A stretch of DNA of 64,000 bases from Laetmonice hystrix (Eukaryota), in the NCBI GenBank assembly GCA_965235115.1, contig OZ249436.1, positions 10,108,001 through 10,172,000 on the forward strand, read 5' to 3'. Position 1 is the stretch's first letter. Each line of letters opens with the position of its first letter. Below the pieces are notes generated by a model. The model ran no database searches. It was not told where the DNA came from and worked only from the letters and a program-made list of their open reading frames with translations. Positions 52,807 to 64,000 of this stretch are shown here, piece after piece. The position numbers and the translations under genes were made by a program.

Positions 52807-53146
52807 AGGTGCTATTCGTCTCGATCAGAAGGGCATTTCTCCTACCATACATTGTGCACATAGTACTAGAAAAAATTCCTACCGATACCATTGGCCTGAT
52901 AAACCTTCTATTAGTTTGTGTGCAGCATTTGAAACCTATCTCGGTGCGCACCGAGATAGAGCCATTTCCTATGGTGGGGCGTGTCAGGGTCTCCACAGGC
53001 CTTCTGAGAGAGCCCCATTTGTGCAGTTATCCATGGAAAAATTTGATTCCCTTTGTTGAGAATCTATTTCCATGATAGGTGGGATCACATAAACGTCAAC
53101 AAAATTAAAATTAAAAAAATTGAACTTTTTTCCACGAATAGCACCT
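52807..53146. mobile_element. Kolobok-like MITE
   Basis: TTAA|AGGTGCTATTCGT...ACGAATAGCACCT|TTAA (13-bp perfect TIR). Confidence 0.9.
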
Positions 53147-54857
53147 TTAACGTTGGATGAGGCCCTATTCCAGATATTCTTCCAAGTGACAGGATTATAT
53201 CTCAGCGCTATAGTTTTGAGGAATGCGAGCTTGGTGAAAGCAATGGCTGCAATACGTTACGGCCATAGCGTTGATCTGAGTATAGATCTAGGTCTACAAT
53301 TCATTAATGAACTGTCTGACTCCAGCGTGAACAGAATCTGCCGTTTTACAAACTACTGTCACATGTCTCTTACCGTAACGTTGTGTTCCTGGAATTAACT
53401 AGAAAGAACTGAAGAAACAAGGGAAGAAATTAAGAAAGCGCATCGTAGACGGGCTAAAACGCATTTCACAGTATAGCTGGAGATACATTATATATTTAAT
53501 TAACAGGTTTATAAATATAGACTGATTAATTAAAAGATTATGTCATTTTCCGTTGACGCGTAAAGCATGATAAGCATAAATTATATTTTCCCTCCGCGCC
53601 GGCGAAGCAATTACCATAGAGGAACTTTGTTTTAATTGCTTTATCAAGTTTTTTTTAAAAGGAATCTAATGTCTTTTTCGGAACGATACAGAACAAGGGA
53701 TAGTATAACACATGCAAATGATACTCAATGAATGAGAAATTTAATATCTCAATAATGAAATAAACTAATACGACCTATTTAACGGAATATCTCGAAATAT
53801 CCTCCTCGCGATCTGAAAACGTCATCAATAAAACTGAAAAGGTCACATGTTGTCCGTTAAACGCCTCATGGTCCCAGCAAACGGTTACTATGGCAACAAT
53901 TTGTCAAATATTAGCATCCTGTCAGAAATAGGACCTAGCTATAATGGCGATTGTCACTTTAATAAGTGGGCTGACAAATCAATACACCGTACAAATGATT
54001 TTACTTTTGTGGGGAAACCTTTTTACGGTGTACCAAGTGTTTCTACAGATAAGATTTCTTGAAGATTGTCATGCAGATAACAATGAATACACGTGGCCTT
54101 GGACGTAATCTTCCTGCATTGCTCAATCAAATATAAATGTTTACTTTTCGCCGTCCCTTTCTGTCGGCGATTTAGTCCTGAGTTTAAAAAAAGCACTTTA
54201 AACGTCGCTTGTTTTTAACTGTTGTCAGATTAATCTAAAAATGTACCTTCTCAACAGAAAATAAATAGTGCTCTCCAATAATCCACATCTATCACAATAG
54301 TGCATGCGACACCTTTGTTATTAACAACAACGTGAAATTAACCATTAACTTATAGGGCAATTAAAGCGCTATAAATGCAGGGGTGTCGGGGCAGGGGGGC
54401 CATGTTGCCCCCCCCCATACCTAGACCCACCCCTGCAAAGGCACAGGCTAACCAGAGATGGACGGCTCCTGGCTTCAGCCCCCCCCCCCCCCAAATAGCT
54501 TCCGACACCCCCGTTATAAGATAGCTATATTAAACTGGCTATCGAACCCCCAACAGTCCGATTATAAGGGGTACATGCTAGCATTACGCTACGGTGCACG
54601 CTGCCGAATTGGCCGCCCGCATATATTAAAATTGCGGGCAAAACGCGCGCGCGCATGCGCCAAGGTGACCACCTTCGCATCCTGCACGGATGAGAGGAGC
54701 CATATTATTATTATGTTTTTAATTATTGTTATTTTTTTATGCATTATTATATTTTCTGATTTTTAACAATTGCCGCCTGATCTGAATGCCTTTAATTACC
54801 AACCATCACCTTAACAACCGTCCGCATCTTCAAGGATTGGTAATAATCAGAAAGTCA

Positions 54858-55290
54858 TCTTCTCAACTGCTTACGGTAAATCTTCTCAATTGCTTACGGT
54901 AAATCTTCTCCATTGCTTACGGTAAATCTTCTCCATTGCTTACGGTAAATCTCCTCCATTCCTTACGGTAAATCTTCCCATTGCTTACGGTAAATCTTCT
55001 CCATTGCTTACGGTAAATCTTCTCCATTGTTTACGGTAAATCTTCCCCATTGCTTACGGTAAATCTTCTCCATTGCTTACGGTAAATCTTTTCCATTGCT
55101 TACGGTAAATCTTCTCCATTGCTGACGGTAAATCTTACCCATTGCTTACGGTAAATCTTACCCATTGTTTACGGTAAATCTTCCCCATTGTTTACGGTAA
55201 ATCTTCGCCATTGTTTACGGTAAATCTTCCCCATTGCTTACGGTAAATCTTCGCCATTGCTTACGGTAAACCTTCTCCATTGCTTACGGT
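54858..55290. repeat. 23-bp minisatellite, ~19 copies
   Basis: Unit tcttctccattgcttacggtaaa. Confidence 0.97.
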
Positions 55291-56234
55291 ATATTATTTC
55301 ATTGTATCGGCGAGACCCGTCGCTAGGTTATGTACTCTAGAAAGCACTAATTTCCGGTAATTTCCGGCCGGTCTAAGATTATGGAATTGACCCTTCACCT
55401 TCTTGGCTCAGACCCCCAGACTAGATCACGCTCGTGTGACCGAGCGTATATAAACACGGACCCAACAGACACCCGTCCTGCCCTCGTCAGTCATACCCAC
55501 CGGACAATCGGTGATGGAGTTGTGCGCCAGATGTTTTAACAACGAAATTTGTTTGTGCCTAAAACAAATTGTGTTTGTCCGTTTACAAAGACAAGTCCCA
55601 CCCTTCGAGACGGTGACGCAGTCGGGTGGATTCCTTGGACAAGGTTCGGTTTCAGGAGGGGCAGGCCAGCTGACAGGTCGGTGAGTGTTGGCCTGAATCA
55701 ACAAGCAGCAAGTCTACAGGAAGGGAGTGCTATAACCCTTGCTATACCCATGCTATACCCATACCATGGGCCATCAAGGATAGCGTTATTCAATATTTAT
55801 TGGGCATATCCAAGGCGCACCGTTGCTCATGTTGTCTAATCAAACGTCTGGGGCATGATGTCACCTTTCCAATTGCTCCTATATTGAATTAAAGAAAGGG
55901 GTTTATTCTATTTCTGGAACCACGCCCAGCTACATACCGCCATGCTATCTTGATCCAGAAAGTGCAATCCCGACACAAATTCCGCTTCTTTTCATATGCC
56001 CTATAATGTGATATTGAAGGAAATCAGGCGGACAATTCATCAAGGGTGGTTATGTATAGGGCCGATGGGTACATTAAACCTAATCTGCCAGCTCTGTGGA
56101 GTTAAAATAATAATGAGGAAGCTAAAGTTTATTATAAACTGTAGCCATTTAGTGATTCAGCCTTTGTGATTTCACGGGAATGGTCGGGGGAGGGGGTAGG
56201 GGGGTCAGGCCCCTGAAGTTGGGGGGGGGGGCAA

Positions 56235-59200
56235 TTGAACGTTATTGCACACCATAGTAACTGTAACTGCAGGCACCAAAATCAGGTGCAATGCTTCACA
56301 TGTTACGCTTTTGGTCACAAGAGCAAGCACCACAACCGGCCTGGGGAGTAGGGGCACGGCCAGTATGAAGTGGCCACGCACGACGCGTATACAACTTGTA
56401 AACAACCAATACCGGTCTTTATGTCGTTGCGTGCTTGTTGTCCCAATCAGGCCAGGGGTAAGGGGTCGAGCAACGAGAATTTAGTATGTGTCCCCACTAT
56501 GAGGAATTGGGACCTACCCCGAGTGTTGAACCTGAACGCCCGATCTTTAAACATTGAGAAAACAGACGAGTTGAGTGCTGCTATGTATCTGAATGATATA
56601 TCATGCGCCTGTATAACCGAAACCTGGTTTTCTGAACATGTGCCTACTGAAGCTGTGGCTATTCCTAATTTTTACTGCGAAAGAAAGGATCGTCACTCGG
56701 GGCGAGGAGGGGGTGTGGCATGTTACATTAAAGACACCCTTTCATATGAACGATTGCATGATCTTGAAAACGAGTTACATGAGGTTTTGTGGATCAAACT
56801 GAAACCCACTAAGTTGCCACGTCGGTTCTCATGTATTGTGGTGGCTTGTATCTACCATCCACCAGATGCAGACAACAAGACAATCCGTGAATATCTAATT
56901 ATGTGTATTGATAGTGTTTTAAGAAAACATCCTGAATGTGGAGTTATATTAACTGGAGATTTTAATCAGATGTATGATAAATTCCTCTCCCAGCATTATG
57001 GATTCAAACAACTGGTTACTAACCCCACACGTAATAGAGCTATTCTAGATAAGTTATGGACAAACTTGTATGAAGTGTATGATGGGGCAGCAGTACTATC
57101 TACATTAGGGACGTCAGATCATAATATGGTCTTACTAGCCCCGGCGTTTAGTCCATCTATAAATACTGGGCAGGTACAGAAAGTCGTTGTCAGAAGCATG
57201 GGTACCGCTGAGAAGGCGCATTTTGCCAACGATTTGGCTGATATAAGATGGGAACCCCTTTTTCGACTGGAGTTCTGTAATGACCAGTTCATGTATTTCC
57301 AATCAATTATGGACCTCTTATTGCAAACCTGTCACCCGTCATACTGGCGAAAAGCCATGGGTTACTGACAAGTTCAGACAACTTATACGAAAAAGGCAGC
57401 GGGCACTTATGGCTGGCCGTAAAGAGGAGGCCAATAAGTTTAGGAATAAGGTGAATAGGGAAGCAGCAAGACTAAGACATGACTTTTATAGAAAGAAAAT
57501 AACGACACTGGAGAGCAATTCTTCCAGAGATTGGTGGAAACATATGAAAGAATTAATGGGGCTAGGCAAGGGTGAGAACGCTGAAATGAGGATCTTGGCT
57601 AACACACACACGGAAGGTGATATGGAGGCTTTGGCGTGCAAAATTAATGATTTTTTGGTAACCGTTAGCAGCAGCCTGCCCAGATTATCTGAAGCTCATG
57701 AAATATTTCAGCTTAAGGACCCCCTCCCTGCAGAATATATTATAAGTGTGGCCCAGACGGAGGATGCCTAAACAAAGTAAAGACTAACAAAGCATGTGGA
57801 CCAGATAATATTCCTCCATGGGTACTAAAGGAATTTTCGCATGTATTGGCTGCACCTTTGGCGGCAGTATTCAACAGCTCACTACGCGAAGGGGTGGTAC
57901 CAAGTCTGTGGAAAACGGCCTCAATTGTGCCGCTAGCCAAGAAACATCCACCCACGAACATCGAGAATGATATCCGGCCCATTTCACTAACCCCTATAGC
58001 CTGCAAGGTATTTGAATCCATCGTTATGAAATGGCTTGACAAGGTGTTAATGCCAGTCATTGACCCCAGACAGTTTGGTTCAATAGCTGGCACTTGCACT
58101 ACCGACGCTTTAGTAGAGATGGTCCATAAGTGGTCTGAGGCTACTGACATTCCGGGGACATATGTAAGAGTAGTCCAATTAGATTTTTCAAAGGCTTTTG
58201 ATCTCATTAATCATGAAATCCTGATTAACAAGTTGATGCAAATGGGAATTCCCCTTCACATTGTGAGATGGATGGCTGCTTTCCTCTTGAATAGGGAGCA
58301 TAAGGTCAAAATAGGAAATTATGAGTCACACCTCAATTCCCCGAATGGTGGGGTACCCCAGGGAACCCTATCTGGCCCCAAAGATTTCCTGGTCCATATT
58401 AATGACCTGGCGACCCCATGTCCATTGTTTAAATACGTAGATGACAGCACGATTTTTGAAGTATGTACGCATGATAACGTGTCAAAATTACAAGATTCTG
58501 TAGATATTGCAGGACAGTGGGTGATAGATAATGATATGCGGGTGAATGTTAGTAAAACATATGAAATGATAATAGATTTTAGTATGAACCGTAATAGGGA
58601 GGTACCTCATATTACTGTGAATAACTCCATAGCTAAACGTACTGATACAGTTAAAATCCTTGGTATTTCTATTACAAAAGACCTATCATGGAATGTGCAT
58701 GTTGAGAATATTATTAAGAAAGCTAGTAAGAGGATTTACATCTTATATCAGTTAAAGAGAGCAGGGATTGATCAAGGTGATCTCCTGAGGATATATCTCA
58801 GTATAATAAGGCCTGTACTGGAATATGCATGTCCTGTGTGGAGCACAAGTCTGCCACTCTACCTTTGTGATAGTATTGAAATGATACAGAAGCGAGCTTT
58901 TAGAGTAATATATCCTGGGACCACGTACCACCAGGTACTCATTGATGTAAACCTACCAATGTTGTTGAACAGACGGAAAGATCTATGTAAGAAGTATTTT
59001 AACGAAATGACGAAGCCATCACATAAACTAAACCATCTGGTACCAGAAGTAAGATCCATACCATATTCTTTGCGAGAATCTAATATTTACCCACTAATTA
59101 AGGCAAGAACAAATAGATTTAATAATTCCCTTATTCCGTGGGCTTTACGCAATTACCAATGTGAACAATAACCGTTTTTGAATGTATATAATTCTTTTTT

Positions 59201-59303
59201 TTTTTCTTATGTATTATGTACTGTGTATTAAGTATTATGTACACATATGTATGTTATCTTAATCCAACCTTACGGTTGCAAATAAAAACTTATCTTATCT
59301 TAT
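56235..59303 (+). mobile_element. Non-LTR retrotransposon (LINE), CR1/L2 group; 5' boundary approximate
   Basis: APE + RT coding region, short 3' UTR with aacc-ttac-ggtt stem-loop, AATAAA and (CTTAT)3 tail. Confidence 0.93.
56370..59171 (+). pseudogene. LINE ORF2 (AP endonuclease + reverse transcriptase) with two frameshifts
   Basis: APE motifs LNARSL, ITETW, RGGGVA, YHPP, GDFN, SDH; RT motifs GPDNIP, RPISLT, LDFSKAFD, GVPQG, YVDD; frame changes at ~57330 and ~57768. Confidence 0.95.
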
Positions 59304-59406
59304 ATATGGAGCGTCGCGTCACAGCATCGATTCCCCTCTGGAATATGTCTTGTGTCGGTTGAAGGGAAACTCACGTTCATACAACTAGAGCTACATGCAT
59401 GCTTTA

Positions 59407-60140
59407 AGCCCTAGTCACACAAGGGGTACGACTGCAAGAAATTTCATTGGGCGATTAGTTGCCGATCTGTTGTACGACAGGTTGCCGAGTGTCATACGAA
59501 AATTATCCGATCATCAAAGATGTTTGAAGACTGATGAACGACCGTTCGTGGGAATGTTGGCAAGTTGTCGGCAACTGCTCGGCGATTTATCGGCGATAAT
59601 TAACAACTGGTTGCAGGTTAGTGGCCGATGTTCGTACGGCGCTCGGCAATCTTTTAAAGATTTTAAAGAACGACCGTTCGTGAGAATGTTGGCAAATGGT
59701 CGGCAATTGCTCGGTGAAAAGCGAAGGAATGATTGACGGCTGCTCCGCGCACCGATTTATATTGTCCTGTCACTTGGTCCGGGAACGGTAGACAAAAGGT
59801 CGTCGAGTGGTTGTTGTTGGTTGACGATGTTCGGCGAACGTTTGGCGAATGATCGGCGATCCATCGTGTATTTTTCGCCAATTGGTTGCCGATCAGTTGC
59901 TGAAGTTTACCGACCAAAGACTGCTTGGCAAGAGCCGGCAACCACTGAAGACTAGTCCGAGATCAGTTCGAGAACGGCAAAAAGGTTGCCTCCAGCCGAC
60001 CAAAATGCTCCAACCACTTGCCGGACACTGACAACCTTTTACAGACTGCCAAAAACATCTCTACAACCTCTGACAACCAACTACCGACCAGTGGTTGTCG
60101 GAGGTCGGCAGTTGGTCGTACCTGTTGTGTGACTGGGGTC
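59407..60140. mobile_element. PIF/Harbinger-like MITE
   Basis: TTA|agccctagtcacacaa..gtacgac ... gtcgtacc..ttgtgtgactggggtc|TTA. Confidence 0.85.
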
Positions 60141-60798
60141 TTACCGAACATTATGCCGTCCTTTCGGTCGTCTTCGTGACGTCCATATAATAGTAAAGAG
60201 AAAACCTGTTTCAAGCCAATGACGATAATGGTCTTTCAGGTGACTGATAGAATGGTACGAACAGTAATCAGATCGAGGAGTAATCACACGACCACATGAC
60301 AAGCTGGGTCTTAGAGCTTAAAACAAAAGAACGGTACTTTGTCTTGATTTCTGTGTGATTATATAGTACGCCACGGGCGAGGAGGGGTAGGGTATTCTCG
60401 TCAGCAGCAACACCTATAAAAAACGCCTGTCGAACAGGCAAGCGTGGGTATCATTCACCGGTCTTTTGTCGTATCATAGAACTTGGTATGCGTGCGTGAA
60501 AACCTTTGCGTGCGTGCTACTGAAAGGTTATTGTTATTTATTAAATTTTTGTGTTACCTAGTTGGGGGTTGGATTATAACATGTAATCTTTGGATTAGCA
60601 TGCGACGATTTTAGTTTATTTCTCTTTTTTGTCTTCCTCTAGTCTGTTTTAGGGTGGTTTACTTTGTTTAGTTTTGTTATTTTTCCCCCAAACCCTTTTC
60701 GTGATAGAAGTCATTCTTATTAGGAGATCCTTTTTATCCTAGCCCGGCCAGGGGAGGACGAACAGGATTTGTTAGACCCCTGGAGTGTCCCAGGAAGC

Positions 60799-61021
60799 CA
60801 TTTGTGACATTCTCAATAAACCATTTGTGACATTCTCAGTCATTTCAGGACGTCATTTGTGACATTTTCAGGACTTCATTTGTGACATTCTCAGGACTTC
60901 ATTTGTGACATTTTCAGGACTTCATTTGTGACATTCTCAGGACTTCATTTTTGAAAGTTTCTGGGCGCCATTTATGACATTTTCAGGACTTCATTTGTGA
61001 TATTCTCAGAAGGCCATTTGT
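60799..61021. repeat. Degenerate 23-bp tandem repeat, ~9 copies
   Basis: Unit catttgtgacattctcaggactt. Confidence 0.9.
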
Positions 61022-61799
61022 ACCCGTACGCCGATGATTTCGGTAGTAACGTACTTTCCTTCGCGCCAACACCTCGGCTTCAAGCACCTGCCTACAAGTA
61101 TTTGCACTTGCACCGACCAATTTCTGATGGCCGTTCCTCATCCGGATCCTATGTCTGGTACCTCCATGCACCTGGCACACTAGACTGTTGTAATTTATAA
61201 TTCAAATGTACAATTTACATTTAAATGATTCAGAATGTTGACGTGTAGCAACATGGGAAAGTACTTCAAAGCAAGGACGGACGCTTTTGGGCAATGACTT
61301 GAATCTTGGTTCTCTAAATGGAAACATAGCTAAGTACGCGTTTTAACCTCCAAATGAAGCATTATTCCAACCCAATTAGACGTGGTCAGAAGTCATTTTC
61401 CATTTTTATGCGTGTGCTCAATTAGACCACACAGACGGCGTGTGTGCGTGGGTGGGTGGATGTATTTATAACGCGAATAAAGTTCTGATTACAGCGAAAC
61501 AACTTACCATTCGGGGAAAGACAACATTGTGTTAGTTCGATACGTGTTGTAGTTCCGGTCATTGATAACAACAATATTTTGGAAAGATACTGTCTGACGC
61601 GGCATTGTGTTAGACTTTTCATGTCATAATCATGTATCGTGCAATCAGCAAAAACACAAAAGAAACAGGCCCATAGGCCCAAATCATTAAAAACGCCAAG
61701 GAAGGCAGGAAAATGGCAATAGGCCTGCGTGAGTGTTTCAATTACTGATAAACTTTGCTGGGGGGGGGGGGGAATACCCCAATTTTAACACCTTAATGA

Positions 61800-62351
61800 A
61801 AACACCACCCCGTCAAAATCTTTCTGCGAGAACCCAAGGACCTATCTCCAAACACCACCCCGTCAAAATCTTTCTGCGAGAACCCAAGGACCTATCTCCA
61901 AACACCACCCCGTCAAAATCTTTCTGCGAGAACCCAAGCACCGATCTCCAAACACCACCCCGTCAAAATCTTTCTGCGAGAACCCAATCACCGATCTCCA
62001 AACACCACCCCGTCAAAATCTTTCTGCGAGAACCCAATCACCGATCTCCAAACACCACCCCGTCAAAATCTTTCTGCGAGAACCCAAGCACCGATCTCCA
62101 AACACCACCCCGTCAAAATCTTTCTGCGAGAACCCAAGCACCGATCTCCAAACACCACCCCGTCAAAATCTTTCTGCGAGAACCCAAGCACCGATCTCCA
62201 AACACCACCCCGTCAAAATCTTTCTGCGAGAACCCAATCACCGAACTCCAAACACCACCCGTCAAAATCTTTCTGCGAGAACCCAAGCACCGATCTCCAA
62301 ACACCACCCCGTCAAAATCTTTCTGCGAGAACCCAAGCACCGATCTCCAAA
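61800..62351. repeat. 50-bp minisatellite, 11 copies
   Basis: Unit aaacaccaccccgtcaaaatctttctgcgagaacccaagcaccgatctcc. Confidence 0.97.
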
Positions 62352-63896
62352 GCTCAATAATGTACCCAACTACGACCTGAACAACGCAATCATTTTATGT
62401 TTGTCTGAAGCATTTTTTGAACTAAATAGTAGGCGACTTGGTTTTTTTTTTCACTGTTGTAATATTGCAAATAATGTTAGTGATGAGAATATATTTTCCT
62501 CGATATTTAGCAGTTTTGGAGTTACTGTTATTGTTATTAACCCCCACTATAGCAATATCTCGACATTATATTATATTTACATAAAGCCTAGCCGTGATGT
62601 TAGCTTCGTAGTTTCCATGACAATGGCCTCCTCACTATGTATCAATATAGCTCGATGCAGATTTCCGCTGGAAACCGCGCGATCCGTCCTGGCCTTGAGT
62701 CACGTGAAACCCGCCCCCACACACTAGCCCACCGCCGGAAGGGGTTTGTCCGAACACGTTGTTTCCTTGTCATTGACCATCAGAGATTTTACCATCACGG
62801 TTAATCGAATCTGACTTTAAAAGTAGGGAAGGTGTCAGTAGCAGCCGTACCATACGGAAATGAGTCTGTCGACTGTTTGACCCTGTAAAGGGGGTGGGCT
62901 CCCGGGAGTACGGAAGCTGTCCCTAGTAACGGTCATTTGTCAGGAGCTACCTCCAGTTGGCGGCGAGACGGTGAGCGGGAATGACGTCTTGTGTAGACGA
63001 TGGCTGGTCCCCTTGTGGTCGTTAATCTTGCATGGATTGTGTTACCTTTGAAGAAGGTACTCTTTACGTGTCACTGCTGTTGATGCAAATTGAATATTTC
63101 TCTTTGGACCTCAGAAACACATCTTTTACATTTGGCGAACACTGGGTCTACTTAATCTCCTTGTTGATCATAGAACCGAGTGCTGATCCCGTACTGTTGG
63201 TGTGAATAATTACAGTTACCGGGATCCTGGTCGACCTTGTCACCTTGAATATATATCATCTTGTTTCATCCAAATGTCGTACAAAGTGAGTCCTAGTCAC
63301 ACTTAAATCTGTTGGAATGAGCTACCCTGGGAAATACCGTGTAGGGAGGATTATCCACATTTGGGAAAAATCAGTATATCAATGTTAAATCAAGTCTCGG
63401 TCACGTAGAAAGGCTGTGTCGCTTATTATGGTTACTTATTGATTAAGGTGGTCAGATATCGCAGTGGCTTAAATACTAAGCCTCTCACAGGGCTTCTCAA
63501 CTATACTATACGTCGGCCGTACGTGTGGGGGACTGGGGCATTTGACACCCCAGTAATTCTGGAAAAAGTTTCTTTATAGTTAGGGTCTATATGCCCGGAG
63601 ATATTTTCCACATCCCTCGAGTGACCCTCGGATCGGATCCCAGCTAAATTCCCAATATTATCTACTCTACAGGGTTAGTAAAAAAAACTATACACTCACA
63701 AATGGGGTGATGAATCGGACATTTTGACAAATCTGGACAATGTAGTAATTGGGTCAGAAAGAGTAACTCTTGTGCTTCAATTTGGTAGTTGATCCACTCA
63801 GATGCGACAAGTAATAAAACCCACTAAAATACCACTTGCGCCAAGTGAGACTCGGCCTTATCGATTCAAACAAAGCATGGTGGAAGTAATGAAAAT

Positions 63897-64000
63897 TGCT
63901 GATTGGTATGTCACGGCCGCCAAAGACAATGCTGATTGGTATGTCACGGCCGCCAAAGACAATGCTGATTGGTATGTCACGGCCGCCAAAGACAATGCTG
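63897..64000. repeat. 33-bp tandem repeat running off the window edge
   Basis: tgctgattggtatgtcacggccgccaaagacaa x3+. Confidence 0.95.

Noticed and set aside
61733..62380. 215-aa repetitive ORF
   Set aside because: Translation of the 50-bp minisatellite

Overview
Eukaryotic, repeat-rich genomic DNA; the repeat repertoire suggests an invertebrate animal, possibly spiralian (inference). The only supportable host gene is the first coding exon of a class A neuropeptide GPCR (SIFamide/NPFF-receptor-like) on the minus strand at 109-523, which runs off the left edge. The other ~63 kb is upstream or intronic and packed with mobile DNA: (1) a roughly five-level nest of PIF/Harbinger-type elements (4990-13766) with a decayed transposase, a solo LTR and a Helentron-like insert; (2) a 9.5-kb non-coding element (32916-42453) with apparently identical split direct repeats in the A1-body-B1-A2-B2 order of Ngaro/PAT tyrosine-recombinase retroelements, carrying a self-nested Helentron-like element; (3) a near-complete CR1/L2-group LINE ORF2 with two frameshifts (~56235-59303); (4) Tc1/mariner, Kolobok and hAT-like MITEs and three SINE copies; (5) many minisatellites, including a 59-bp hairpin repeat with a 708-bp higher-order duplication. 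Most ORFs in the track are repeat artefacts. No CRISPR, rRNA or tRNA genes were seen. All comparisons were made by eye; no searches were run.
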